Below are positions 38,737 through 47,751 of a stretch of 64,000 nucleotides of DNA, piece after piece (positions within the stretch are counted from its first letter, which is position 1; each line of letters opens with the position of its first letter). The stretch comes from Candidatus Magasanikbacteria bacterium CG10_big_fil_rev_8_21_14_0_10_47_10 (lineage in GTDB: Bacteria; Patescibacteriota; Patescibacteriia; Magasanikbacterales; UBA922): assembly GCA_002773135.1 (NCBI GenBank), contig PFCB01000023.1, positions 1,018-65,017 on the forward strand. Reading direction: 5' to 3'. Position numbers and translations under genes: made by a program. The notes beneath the pieces were generated by a model. The model saw only the letters and a program-made list of their open reading frames with translations, was not told the origin of the DNA and did not search any database.

Positions 38737-39270
38737 ATGACGGAATTTGTTACACTGGTAACGCCTGCCTGTAATCAGATGCATATGCTGGAACACAAAC
38801 GCCCAAGCTGGGATGAATACTTTCTGGAAATTGCCAAAATTGTAGGCAAACGCTCCACCTGCGATCGCGGCCGCCTTGGCTGTGTGCTGGCACGTGAAAA
38901 CCAAATACTCGTAACCGGCTATGCCGGTTCTGCGCGAGGGCTCCCGCACTGTGATGAAGTCGGGCACCTGATGAAAACAATACGTCACGAAGACGGTCAT
39001 GAATCACAGCACTGTTTGCGCACGGCGCACGCGGAACAAAACGCGCTTATGCAGGCCGCGCGCATTGGTGTCCCTGTCGAGGGAGCCACTCTCTACTGCG
39101 GCATGACTCCCTGCCCGGCGTGCGCGAAAATGCTGGTAAACGCAGGTATACGACGCGTTGTCTGCGCCAAACGCTACCACGCGGGAGAAGAAAGCGAAGA
39201 AATTTTTCGCATCATCGGCATTGGCCTGCACTTTATAGAAGAGACGGTCGAACAATATTCAAATCAGTAA
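38737..39270 (+). CDS. Deoxycytidylate (dCMP) deaminase
   Basis: KRPSWDEYF N-terminus, zinc-binding HAEQNAL and PCPACAKML motifs. The 500 nt upstream portion of the track ORF is GC-rich non-homologous sequence and was excluded. Confidence 0.8.
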   Translation: MTEFVTLVTPACNQMHMLEHKRPSWDEYFLEIAKIVGKRSTCDRGRLGCVLARENQILVTGYAGSARGLPHCDEVGHLMKTIRHEDGHESQHCLRTAHAEQNALMQAARIGVPVEGATLYCGMTPCPACAKMLVNAGIRRVVCAKRYHAGEESEEIFRIIGIGLHFIEETVEQYSNQ

Positions 39271-39277
39271 GCAGTAT

Positions 39278-39850
39278 ATGAAAATTGTTATCGGCCTGGT
39301 GGGACAACTGGCCAGCGGTAAGGGAACGGCTGCCGCTTATTTAAAAGAAAAACATGGTGCGAGCACGTACCGCTTTTCTTCAATTTTAAGAGACATAGCC
39401 GACCGACTGTATTTGGATCAAAGCCGTGGAAATTTGCAGCTTATTTCTCAGGTACTCCGCCAAAATATTCGTGAAGACCTCTTATCCGAAGTCATTGCCA
39501 AAGACGCGATGAACGACCCGCATGAGCTGGTTGTTATTGATGGAGTCCGCAGGCCCGATGACGTCAAACACCTTCGTACCATTCCCGGCTTTATCCTTGT
39601 CCACATTACTGCTGACGCTGAAAAGCGCTATGACCGGTTAATTAAACGAGGAGAAAACACAGATGACACACAAAAAACGTTTGAGCAATTCAAGGCAGAC
39701 CATGCTCGCGAGGCAGAACTAAAAATAAATGAAATAGCAACTCAGGCAAATGATACGCTTGATAATAACGGATCGCTTGAAGAACTGCACAAGCAGCTAG
39801 ACAAATTGATACAAAAATATGCTCATACAAATCAAACGACTCCATCCTGA
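39278..39850 (+). CDS. P-loop NTPase, putative (deoxy)nucleoside/nucleotide kinase
   Basis: Walker A GQLASGKGT and a small ~190 aa kinase-like fold. Substrate not assignable from sequence. Confidence 0.55.
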   Translation: MKIVIGLVGQLASGKGTAAAYLKEKHGASTYRFSSILRDIADRLYLDQSRGNLQLISQVLRQNIREDLLSEVIAKDAMNDPHELVVIDGVRRPDDVKHLRTIPGFILVHITADAEKRYDRLIKRGENTDDTQKTFEQFKADHAREAELKINEIATQANDTLDNNGSLEELHKQLDKLIQKYAHTNQTTPS

Positions 39851-40241
39851 CGCAAAATTGCCTTCCTACGCGCATCCCGGTGACGTGGGGCTGGATATGT
39901 ATTCGCTCGAATCTTGCATACTGAAATCGAATGAATTCCGAATTTTCCCTGTTGGTTTTGCCTTGGAGTTTCCGGTTGGGTACGCCGCAATAGTAAAAGA
40001 TAAGGGAAGCTTTGGCGCCAGCGGTGTTCATACATTGGGCGGCGTTTTCGACGCCGGGTACCGCGGAGAATATAATGTGTGCCTTATCAACCTTTCAAAC
40101 ACATCATTCCCAATTGAAAAAGGACAAAAAATAGCCCAACTTGTAATCTATCCGGTCATTATTGCTGAGCTTGAGGAAGTGGAAACGCTCTCTAACAGTT
40201 CTCGCGGAGAGGGCAAGCACGGAAGTACCGGAAAATTTTAA
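39819..40241 (+). CDS. dut: dUTP diphosphatase (canonical trimeric dUTPase)
   Basis: All five dUTPase motifs are present, including GDVGLDMYS, FPVGYAAIV, GVFDAGYRGEY, RIAQLVIYPV and GEGKHGSTG. Confidence 0.85.
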   Translation: MLIQIKRLHPDAKLPSYAHPGDVGLDMYSLESCILKSNEFRIFPVGFALEFPVGYAAIVKDKGSFGASGVHTLGGVFDAGYRGEYNVCLINLSNTSFPIEKGQKIAQLVIYPVIIAELEEVETLSNSSRGEGKHGSTGKF

Positions 40242-40242
40242 T

Positions 40243-41115
40243 ATGAAGACCTACCTCGACATTGTACAGCGCGTCCTCACTGAAGGCGAAAAAAAAGACG
40301 ACCGTACCGGTACGGGCACCACCGCGATTGCCGGAGCCATGTTTGAGCACGATATGAAACAGGGCTTCCCTCTGCTGACGACAAAAAAAATGCCTTTCAG
40401 CATGGTCGCGTCGGAACTTGAATTTTTTATAAAAGGAATTACGGATAAACAGTGGCTTCAGCAAAGAAAAAATTCAATCTGGAATGAATGGGCCAACCCG
40501 GAAAAAGCGCCCTATGGTCATGATGAACAAAGCAAACAAAAAATGTTGGACGAACGGGATTTGGGTCCGGTGTATGGATTTCAGTGGCGAAACTACAATG
40601 CTCCCTATGAAAACTGGGACTCGAATTACACCGGCCAGGGGGTAGACCAGCTCGCGCGCGTGCTGGAAACTCTTAAGACCAACCCAAGCGACCGACGAAT
40701 GATCGTCATGGCATGGAATCCCATTCAAATGAACAAAATGGCGCTGCCCCCGTGCCACTACGGATTTCAGGTAACGGTTATTCATGGCAGACTAAACCTC
40801 ATGTGGAACCAGCGCAGCGTGGATGTCATGCTCGGGCTTCCGTTTAACATTGCCAGCTACGCGCTCCTCCTGCATTTGCTGGCCAAGGAGACCGGATATG
40901 AAGAGGGAAAGTTAATTGGCTTTTTGGGTGACGTACATATATACTCCAACCACGCGGATGGCGCGCGCGAGCAGCTATCGCGTAATCCAAATCAGTACCC
41001 GCTGTGTCGGGTGGACACCGATCCGTTCACGTCAATTTTTGACTGGGAATATACGCACTCAAAACGCGTTAGCTACGAGAGTCACCCGGGCATTTCCTTT
41101 CCCATAGCTGTATGA
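40243..41115 (+). CDS. thyA: Thymidylate synthase (ThyA type)
   Basis: PPCHYGFQ catalytic Cys region and MWNQRSVDVMLGLPFNIASYALL. The Asn in PFNIAS indicates dUMP specificity. Confidence 0.9.
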   Translation: MKTYLDIVQRVLTEGEKKDDRTGTGTTAIAGAMFEHDMKQGFPLLTTKKMPFSMVASELEFFIKGITDKQWLQQRKNSIWNEWANPEKAPYGHDEQSKQKMLDERDLGPVYGFQWRNYNAPYENWDSNYTGQGVDQLARVLETLKTNPSDRRMIVMAWNPIQMNKMALPPCHYGFQVTVIHGRLNLMWNQRSVDVMLGLPFNIASYALLLHLLAKETGYEEGKLIGFLGDVHIYSNHADGAREQLSRNPNQYPLCRVDTDPFTSIFDWEYTHSKRVSYESHPGISFPIAV

Positions 41116-41585
41116 TTGCCCACGTCGTTGCCATTGCCCAAAACAACTGCATTGGGAAAAACGGAACCCTCCCATGGCACCTGCCCGAGGATTTGAGGCA
41201 TTTCAAAGCTGTCACAGACGGACACGTCGTGCTTATGGGACGCAAAACATGGGAGTCATTGCCGGAAAAATTCAGACCGCTTCCAAATAGAATAAACATC
41301 GTTATTACGCGCAATGCCAACTACTTGGTTCCTACCGGCGTAGAACTGTTTACGGATCTGGATGCCGCGCTCCGCGCGCACGCAAAAGAAGATATTATGA
41401 TTATTGGCGGGGCAGAAATTTTTCGGCAAACCATGGATCTGGCTGACACTCTGTATATCACGCATGTGCAACAAACAGTGGAAGGCGATGCCTTTTATCC
41501 TGAAATTAATTTTTCAGTGTGGAAGGAAACGGAACGAGAGGACAGGGATGGCTATTCATTTGTCACATACGTCCGAAATGGTTAG
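41112..41585 (+). CDS. folA: Dihydrofolate reductase
   Basis: IGKNGTLPWHLPEDLRHFK motif. ATGA overlap with thyA. Confidence 0.85.
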   Translation: MIAHVVAIAQNNCIGKNGTLPWHLPEDLRHFKAVTDGHVVLMGRKTWESLPEKFRPLPNRINIVITRNANYLVPTGVELFTDLDAALRAHAKEDIMIIGGAEIFRQTMDLADTLYITHVQQTVEGDAFYPEINFSVWKETEREDRDGYSFVTYVRNG

Positions 41586-41591
41586 TGGATA

Positions 41592-42296
41592 ATGATAGAT
41601 AATTCAGAATTGTATATGAAAGGACTCTTCATCATGCTTGAAGGCACCGACGGATCCGGGAAAACCACCCAGACCGAGTTGTTGTTACAAAAACTGCAAC
41701 GTGAAGGACACCGTGTAGAGCAAATTAGTTTTCCCCGGTACGGAGAACCCAGCGCCGCCATGGTTGAGTCGTACCTCAACGGTGAGTTCGGATCTGCTCA
41801 AGAAGTAGGCCCATATCGTGCGTCCATTTTTTATGCTATCGATCGATACGCTGCCAGCGCCCAAATACGGGAGTGGCTGACCGACGGGAAAATCGTCATC
41901 GCGAACAGATACGTTGCATCAAACATGGGACATCAGGGCGGCAAAATAGCAGACCCCTATGAACGAAAAAAATATGTTGACTGGAACTACAATCTGGAAT
42001 ACAATATTTTTCAAATTCCGAAGCCAAACGTCAATATCATTTTGCACGTGACACCGAAAATCTCTCAAGCGCTGGTTGATAAAAAAGAGCAGCGCAGCTA
42101 TTTGAATGGAAAAAAAAGAGACATCCATGAAGATGACCTCGACCATCTGCGCGACGCCGAGCAGGCATATTTGGAAATTGCCAAAGAGTATCCTGAATTT
42201 ATGCTGATCGAATGTGTTAAAAACGAAACAATGCGAACGGTTGAAGCTATTGAGCAGGATATTTGGTCATCTATCTGCGCGCTTCTCCCTACCTAA
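41592..42296 (+). CDS. tmk: Thymidylate kinase
   Basis: P-loop LEGTDGSGKTTQ and a DRY-like motif (IDRYAAS). Confidence 0.85.
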   Translation: MIDNSELYMKGLFIMLEGTDGSGKTTQTELLLQKLQREGHRVEQISFPRYGEPSAAMVESYLNGEFGSAQEVGPYRASIFYAIDRYAASAQIREWLTDGKIVIANRYVASNMGHQGGKIADPYERKKYVDWNYNLEYNIFQIPKPNVNIILHVTPKISQALVDKKEQRSYLNGKKRDIHEDDLDHLRDAEQAYLEIAKEYPEFMLIECVKNETMRTVEAIEQDIWSSICALLPT

Positions 42297-42363
42297 ACAA
42301 AATTGAATCAATTGATCAGGCTATGCTATACTACACGCATAGTTTTATTTTTTATACGACACT

Positions 42364-43107
42364 ATGCTCATATCCGCCGGAGAAATTATATCCAAAAGCA
42401 TCACCTTATACAGAATGCATTGGAAATCATTTACCGAGTATCTTTTGTATATAGGAGCACCGCTGGTACTGTCAACCGGGCTATCCGCTCTCGTGGATCC
42501 AAATAGCATCGGACTGCTTGGACTTTTTTTTGTAGTGACAATTGCACTCTACCTCTTTCTCATGTTGGTATCGATTTCGTTTATCCGCGCAATTGCTGAC
42601 GCCTACACAGGGAAAAAGATCATGCCGGTAAAAGAAGCACTCAAGGCATCAACAAAGTTTTTTTGGCCTGCGGTATTTGTCATGATTCTCACCGGACTTA
42701 TTATTTTTGGCGGATTTATCTTGGTTATTGTTCCGGGCGTTCTTTTCATGGTCTGGTACGCCTTTGGGTACTATGAAGTTGTGCTCGACGGCGAACAGGG
42801 GTGGAAAGCGCTTCAAACAAGCCGACAGCTTGTACTGGGACGTTGGTGGGCAACGCTCTGGCGGCTCGTCGCCCCGGGATTCGTATTCGCCATCCTCTTA
42901 TTTGTCGGTGAAGGGCTTTTTACTCTCTTTGGAAATATTATAGCCAAATCAGTCCCTTCGCTTGAGGATGCTGTGGTGCTCATTGTCGGTCTTTTCATTC
43001 TTCTGCTCAGCCTCGCCCTCAGTCCTCTGTCATCTGCCGCCCCAACAATTCTTTACCTCGAACTCAAAAAGACACCACATGCCAAAACAGCCAGCCCAAA
43101 CGAGTAA
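42364..43107 (+). CDS. Integral membrane protein (DUF975 / GDPD-membrane-domain-like); first of two tandem paralogues
   Basis: 247 aa with ~6 TM segments. Shares architecture and motifs with the next gene (N-terminal KSITLYRMHWKSF vs KSVTLYKNNWKLF; C-terminal SAAPTILYLELKK vs TAAPTILFLELQK). Confidence 0.55.
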   Translation: MLISAGEIISKSITLYRMHWKSFTEYLLYIGAPLVLSTGLSALVDPNSIGLLGLFFVVTIALYLFLMLVSISFIRAIADAYTGKKIMPVKEALKASTKFFWPAVFVMILTGLIIFGGFILVIVPGVLFMVWYAFGYYEVVLDGEQGWKALQTSRQLVLGRWWATLWRLVAPGFVFAILLFVGEGLFTLFGNIIAKSVPSLEDAVVLIVGLFILLLSLALSPLSSAAPTILYLELKKTPHAKTASPNE

Positions 43108-43948
43108 CAAAAACGCTGAACCCGATCCGCTCGTCTCAGCCCGGGAGCTCATCAAAAAAAGCGTCACGCTCTACAAAAACAACTGGAAGCTTTTTTTGAG
43201 ATACATGGGACTTCTTGCCGTTCCTGTCTCTCTGGCTTCAGTCACCGGGACGTTGGGTGTTGATTTTGCTATTTCCAGCATGAACGCGGTGGCCATTGGC
43301 GTCATTGTTCTGCTGCTTGTCTTTATTTACTGGTTCAGTTTGTGGGTTTCCAATTCCTTCGTCCGTACCATTCGCGATATTTATACGGGCAAAAAACCGC
43401 GTGCCATTTCACAAGAAATGGAAATATCCATCCATCTGCTGTGGCCTAGCATCGTAATTCTTCTGCTATCGTCAATCACCATCCTATCCGGATTTGTTCT
43501 CCTCATTGTCCCCGGCATTATTTTTTCCGTATGGTATGCTTTCCCATTTTACGAGGTTATCCTGGATGGAGAGCGAGGATGGAAAGCAATGCGGGTAAGC
43601 CGCGAGCTTGTCCGTAATCATTGGTGGGGCTCGCTCTGGCGAATTATGGCGCCCGGTGTTGTCTTTGGTGCTCTCTTTTTTATTTTGGAACTCATCGCGC
43701 AGTTTGCAGGAGGCCTTGTACAGGCGCAAATCGCACCGGCATCGGCGGCAACGGTTGATATTGTGGTCCTTGTCATCATCGTACTACTGGGAATGCTTCT
43801 CACTCCGCTCACAACGGCAGCACCAACCATATTATTTTTGGAACTTCAAAAACTGCGTGGCATGACGCCGCTCAAGGATGCCAATCTGGAAAAAGTGAGA
43901 AAAAAAGTATTAAAAAAGAAAACAGATACCTACGTCGCAGGCCCCTGA
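43079..43948 (+). CDS. Integral membrane protein, paralogue of the upstream gene
   Basis: Start placed at MPKQPAQT. Overlaps the upstream paralogue by 29 nt in a different frame. Confidence 0.55.
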   Translation: MPKQPAQTSNKNAEPDPLVSARELIKKSVTLYKNNWKLFLRYMGLLAVPVSLASVTGTLGVDFAISSMNAVAIGVIVLLLVFIYWFSLWVSNSFVRTIRDIYTGKKPRAISQEMEISIHLLWPSIVILLLSSITILSGFVLLIVPGIIFSVWYAFPFYEVILDGERGWKAMRVSRELVRNHWWGSLWRIMAPGVVFGALFFILELIAQFAGGLVQAQIAPASAATVDIVVLVIIVLLGMLLTPLTTAAPTILFLELQKLRGMTPLKDANLEKVRKKVLKKKTDTYVAGP

Positions 43949-44024
43949 AATGGGGTCTTTTCATTGTGACCCATTATTGCTACAATCACACATGGAAGGA
44001 AGCCTTTTGAATATAAACGATACT

Positions 44025-45575
44025 ATGGCCCGCTATATCCCAATTATCGGCATGGAAGTACATGTTGAATTAAAAACTGATTCCAAAATGTTTTGTTCTT
44101 GCCCATGCAGTCCGGATGCAAAAGAGCCGAACAGTAACATTTGTGAAATATGCCTGGGCCACCCGGGAACATTGCCTGTCCCAAACAGGCAAGCCATTGA
44201 ATGGGCTGTGCTTATCGGCAAGGCACTGGGATGCCGGATTGCCGATGTTTCAAAATTTGATCGCAAGCACTATTTTTATCCTGATTTGCCAAAGGGATAC
44301 CAAATTTCCCAGTACGACGAACCTATTGCTGAATATGGCCGACTGCAATTGACGTTTCCTGTTGAAGACAACCCGCGCGATAGCGTGACTATTGGTATTC
44401 GGCGCGCGCATCTAGAAGAAGATACCGCCAAATTGCTCCACGGAACCGATGGCTCCACCCTTGTGGATTTCAACCGTGCCGGAACACCACTCGTTGAGAT
44501 TGTCACTGATCCTGATTTTCAGTCCGCTGCGGAGGCGAAAAAATATTGCCAAGAACTTCGTACCCTGTTCCGTCATTTGGGTGTGAGCGATGCGGATATG
44601 GAAAAAGGTCACATGCGATGTGAGGCGAATGTTTCGGTACAAGAGGAAGGCGCATTTGAAATTGTTGACGGAGAAGTTAAACCTCGTGATGGCGCAATCC
44701 TCAACAATAAAGTGGAACTAAAAAATTTAAACTCGTTTAAGGCTGTTGAAAAAGCAATTGAATATGAAATTGTGCGCCAAACACGGATGATTGACGCCGG
44801 AGAAGACTGGTACCAGCAAACAAGAGGGTGGGATGAAGATGCTGGGGAAACAGTCATGCAGCGGATAAAAGAAAACGCATCAGACTATCGTTATTTCCCG
44901 GATCCTGATATTCCGCCGTTTCATCCCGCCGCCCTGGGTAAGACTATCTCTTTGCCCGAGCTCCCACAAGCAAAACGGGCCCGATTTCACGAGGAGTACG
45001 GTTTTTCATACGCCGACGCACAAATACTGACCAGCATCAAAGCCTGGGCGAATTTTGCCGAAGATGTTATGAGTGAACTGATAGACTGGCTGTATTCTTT
45101 GCCCGAAATCGCGGGCAGCAGCGATGCCATTCGCGAAGACAAAAAAAATCAAATCGCACGTCTCGCCGGAGGTTGGATGACCAGTAAACTACTGGGACAG
45201 CTCAACGAAAGTGGAAAAAATTTCAGCGATATGGCACTGTCGGCTGAGAATTTTGCCGAGCTGATTGCGCTTGTGTATACCAACAAAGTCAGTTCCACCA
45301 ACGCACAAAAAATTCTCGCCATTATGGTCGCCAGCGACGCAGATCATGACCCCACGCATATTTTGGAAGAAAAGGGCTGGGGCCAAATAACGGACACGGC
45401 CGCCATTGAATCCGCTGTTGACGCCGTCATCGCGGATAACCCCGCGCAAGTGGAGCAGTTCGCAGCAGGCAAGGAAGCTGTTCTCAAATTTTTAATCGGC
45501 ATGGTTATGAAAGCAACCGAAGGAACGGCGAATCCGGAAACCGTAGAAGAGATATTAAGAAAAAAATTAACCTAA
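44025..45575 (+). CDS. gatB: Asp/Glu-tRNA(Asn/Gln) amidotransferase subunit B
   Basis: GatB N-terminal signature IGMEVHVEL and CxxC...C..C zinc site, with a C-terminal YqeY-like domain. Start placed at MARYIPIIGMEVHVEL. Confidence 0.85.
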   Translation: MARYIPIIGMEVHVELKTDSKMFCSCPCSPDAKEPNSNICEICLGHPGTLPVPNRQAIEWAVLIGKALGCRIADVSKFDRKHYFYPDLPKGYQISQYDEPIAEYGRLQLTFPVEDNPRDSVTIGIRRAHLEEDTAKLLHGTDGSTLVDFNRAGTPLVEIVTDPDFQSAAEAKKYCQELRTLFRHLGVSDADMEKGHMRCEANVSVQEEGAFEIVDGEVKPRDGAILNNKVELKNLNSFKAVEKAIEYEIVRQTRMIDAGEDWYQQTRGWDEDAGETVMQRIKENASDYRYFPDPDIPPFHPAALGKTISLPELPQAKRARFHEEYGFSYADAQILTSIKAWANFAEDVMSELIDWLYSLPEIAGSSDAIREDKKNQIARLAGGWMTSKLLGQLNESGKNFSDMALSAENFAELIALVYTNKVSSTNAQKILAIMVASDADHDPTHILEEKGWGQITDTAAIESAVDAVIADNPAQVEQFAAGKEAVLKFLIGMVMKATEGTANPETVEEILRKKLT

Positions 45576-45650
45576 TTACAGTTGAGGTCAATTTGACATT
45601 GGTTTAATACGGTCAATTCAATAAGGCGCTCCCGCAGGAACGCCTTTTTA

Positions 45651-46550
45651 TTACTCCTTCCCCTTTTCGCTCTGCAAGTATGGAACAACGCACGCTGCCC
45701 ACACACGGTAGAGCCGCCTCTCCAAACCCCTATCATCACCGGCCAACTCGTCTGTCACAATCCGCATACGCACATGGACAGCCCCTGCCGGCCGCACACA
45801 GATTTCGCCCATGCGATCTACGTCACTAGTGTTCGCTGTGCAGACCAACACTACCTGCGCATTGCCCAGCCCTTTCAGCAATGCAGCAAGACCTCCGGGA
45901 TGAGGGAGCATGGTCACTGCTGATATGGAACGAACAAGCTCGGACATTTCAGCATCATCGCGGTACTTTTCAAGCTTGCGATTACAGGCTCGTTCGCGCT
46001 TGGATGATGTTCCACGCGATCCATCGGGGTAAATCACTGGAGCACACAGTGCACCAAAGCGCTTCGGCAACGCGACTGCCCATTGATGAATCCGATCAAC
46101 AGTATCCTGACCACCACTGCGGTCAATGCCAAGCCCGCCGGCTGCTTCAACCCCCTTGCCAAAAGCATTTCTATTGTGCCCCAGCTTGATCACCGGATGC
46201 AGTGTCCTACCTGTCAGGGCACTGCTAATGGCAACCACAAACCCAAACAAATCGAGCGTTCGAGGATGATTCCCAACAACCACAACTGGCCGATTCGGAT
46301 CCAGTTGACGGCGGACAATGCGCACACCGTCTATACGAATCGTACGCAACCGCCATGGATAGCACAAAAATGCCCCCAACCACCCCCAACCATGGGTTGT
46401 CAGCATGTTACCAGCACGCACCCACTTGAGTCTACGTGCCAGCATTGCCCATGCCGCCACCAGCCCGGTGATGGCAAACGCAATAACCAGCATACACCCA
46501 AGACCGAGCGTACGCGGCACCACAAGCAACCACACAATCATCGTTTTCAT
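45651..46550 (-). CDS. Lysophospholipid acyltransferase (PlsC-like), membrane-anchored
   Basis: HX4D motif GNHPRTLD and YPDGSRG motif III. N-terminal TM segments. GC content is somewhat above the local background. Confidence 0.55.
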   Translation of the reverse strand: MKTMIVWLLVVPRTLGLGCMLVIAFAITGLVAAWAMLARRLKWVRAGNMLTTHGWGWLGAFLCYPWRLRTIRIDGVRIVRRQLDPNRPVVVVGNHPRTLDLFGFVVAISSALTGRTLHPVIKLGHNRNAFGKGVEAAGGLGIDRSGGQDTVDRIHQWAVALPKRFGALCAPVIYPDGSRGTSSKRERACNRKLEKYRDDAEMSELVRSISAVTMLPHPGGLAALLKGLGNAQVVLVCTANTSDVDRMGEICVRPAGAVHVRMRIVTDELAGDDRGLERRLYRVWAACVVPYLQSEKGKE

Positions 46551-46651
46551 GATGCTTTCCCCTGTTTCTTACAATTTTTTACCACACACAGCGCAGACGG
46601 TCAATTCTTCCACAAGAAACGGTTGCAGAGACGTAAACCGAGTGGTACTCT

Positions 46652-46732
46652 ATGACAAGTATGTTTAAAGATTTTGAACAACAAAATATTGATCTCCAAA
46701 ACGCGGCCACCCGATAGAGGTGGCCTTTTTTT
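46652..46732 (+). promoter_or_regulatory. Candidate leader peptide (21 codons, MTSMFKDFEQQNIDLQNAATR) whose stop codon sits inside an intrinsic terminator hairpin; possible attenuator of the downstream amidohydrolase gene
   Basis: ATG at 46652 and TAG at 46715-46717. Hairpin GGCCACC cgatagag GTGGCC at 46705-46725, followed by T7. Confidence 0.3.
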
Positions 46733-46778
46733 ATGCCTCCCGAGACGCAATATCCCCTACTTACTAACCTGTCTATCT

Positions 46779-47750
46779 ATGACACAATGGAACCTCAAGG
46801 AACAAATGCTTGCGAGCATTCAAGAAAAAGGGGGATTCGTCAATTGCCACGCGCACTTTGACAAAGCATTTTACATTACAAAGGAAGGCCTTGATCAAAC
46901 AATGGTCGACATGGAACAAAAATGGAACATGAGCGACGGAATAAAACGCGCATCGTCCGAAGAAGAAATCGCACAGAGGATTCGCCAAGGGCTCGACATG
47001 CTTGTGAGCCAGGGCTGTCGCCTCACATGCACCTTTGTCGACGCGTACAGCGCTGTGGATCACCGAGCAATGGATGCGGCCCTTCGTGTCCGCAACGAGT
47101 ACAAAGACAAAATAGACGTACTCTTTATGACGCAGCCGCTTGGTGGCCTTACGAATCTAAATGAGATAGCACTGTTTGAATCAATCACTGCAAAAGCTGA
47201 CATTGTCGGAGGGTTACCATCCAAGGACCGACCTCTCGACGAAAGACATTATGACATGCTCTTTAACATTGCGCGCAATCAAAACAAGCCCCTGCATGTG
47301 CACATCGACCAGGAGAACAATCCCAACGAACGGGATACGGAAAAATTGATCCACTACACCAAAAAATACGGATACGAAGGCCGCGTTGTCGCTATTCACG
47401 CCCTATCTATATCTGCACAGCCAAAAGAATACCGCAAAGAAATATATAAGCAGCTGGCCGATGCCGGCATTGGCGTGGTGGTATGCCCGTCTGCCGCGCT
47501 GGCTATGCGCCAACTGGATATGTACACCGCGCCGGTGCACAATTCGATTGCCAACGTCCCGGAAATGCTTGAAGCTGGTGTGGTCGTGGGGCTTGGTGTT
47601 GATAATGTCTATGATTTTTACCAACCCTTTGTGGACGCGGATATGTGGCTGGAACTGCGAATGCTGCAGGAAGCCTGCCGGTACTACAATTTTGAGCAGC
47701 TGGTAAATATTGCCACAACAAATGGAAGAAAAATTTTAAGCATTCGCTAA
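46779..47750 (+). CDS. Amidohydrolase-family protein, cytosine deaminase (CodA)-like
   Basis: HAH...D N-terminal metal site, LHVHID, AIHALS and GVDNVYDFYQP blocks colinear with CodA-type deaminases. Confidence 0.6.
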   Translation: MTQWNLKEQMLASIQEKGGFVNCHAHFDKAFYITKEGLDQTMVDMEQKWNMSDGIKRASSEEEIAQRIRQGLDMLVSQGCRLTCTFVDAYSAVDHRAMDAALRVRNEYKDKIDVLFMTQPLGGLTNLNEIALFESITAKADIVGGLPSKDRPLDERHYDMLFNIARNQNKPLHVHIDQENNPNERDTEKLIHYTKKYGYEGRVVAIHALSISAQPKEYRKEIYKQLADAGIGVVVCPSAALAMRQLDMYTAPVHNSIANVPEMLEAGVVVGLGVDNVYDFYQPFVDADMWLELRMLQEACRYYNFEQLVNIATTNGRKILSIR

Positions 47751-47751
47751 T

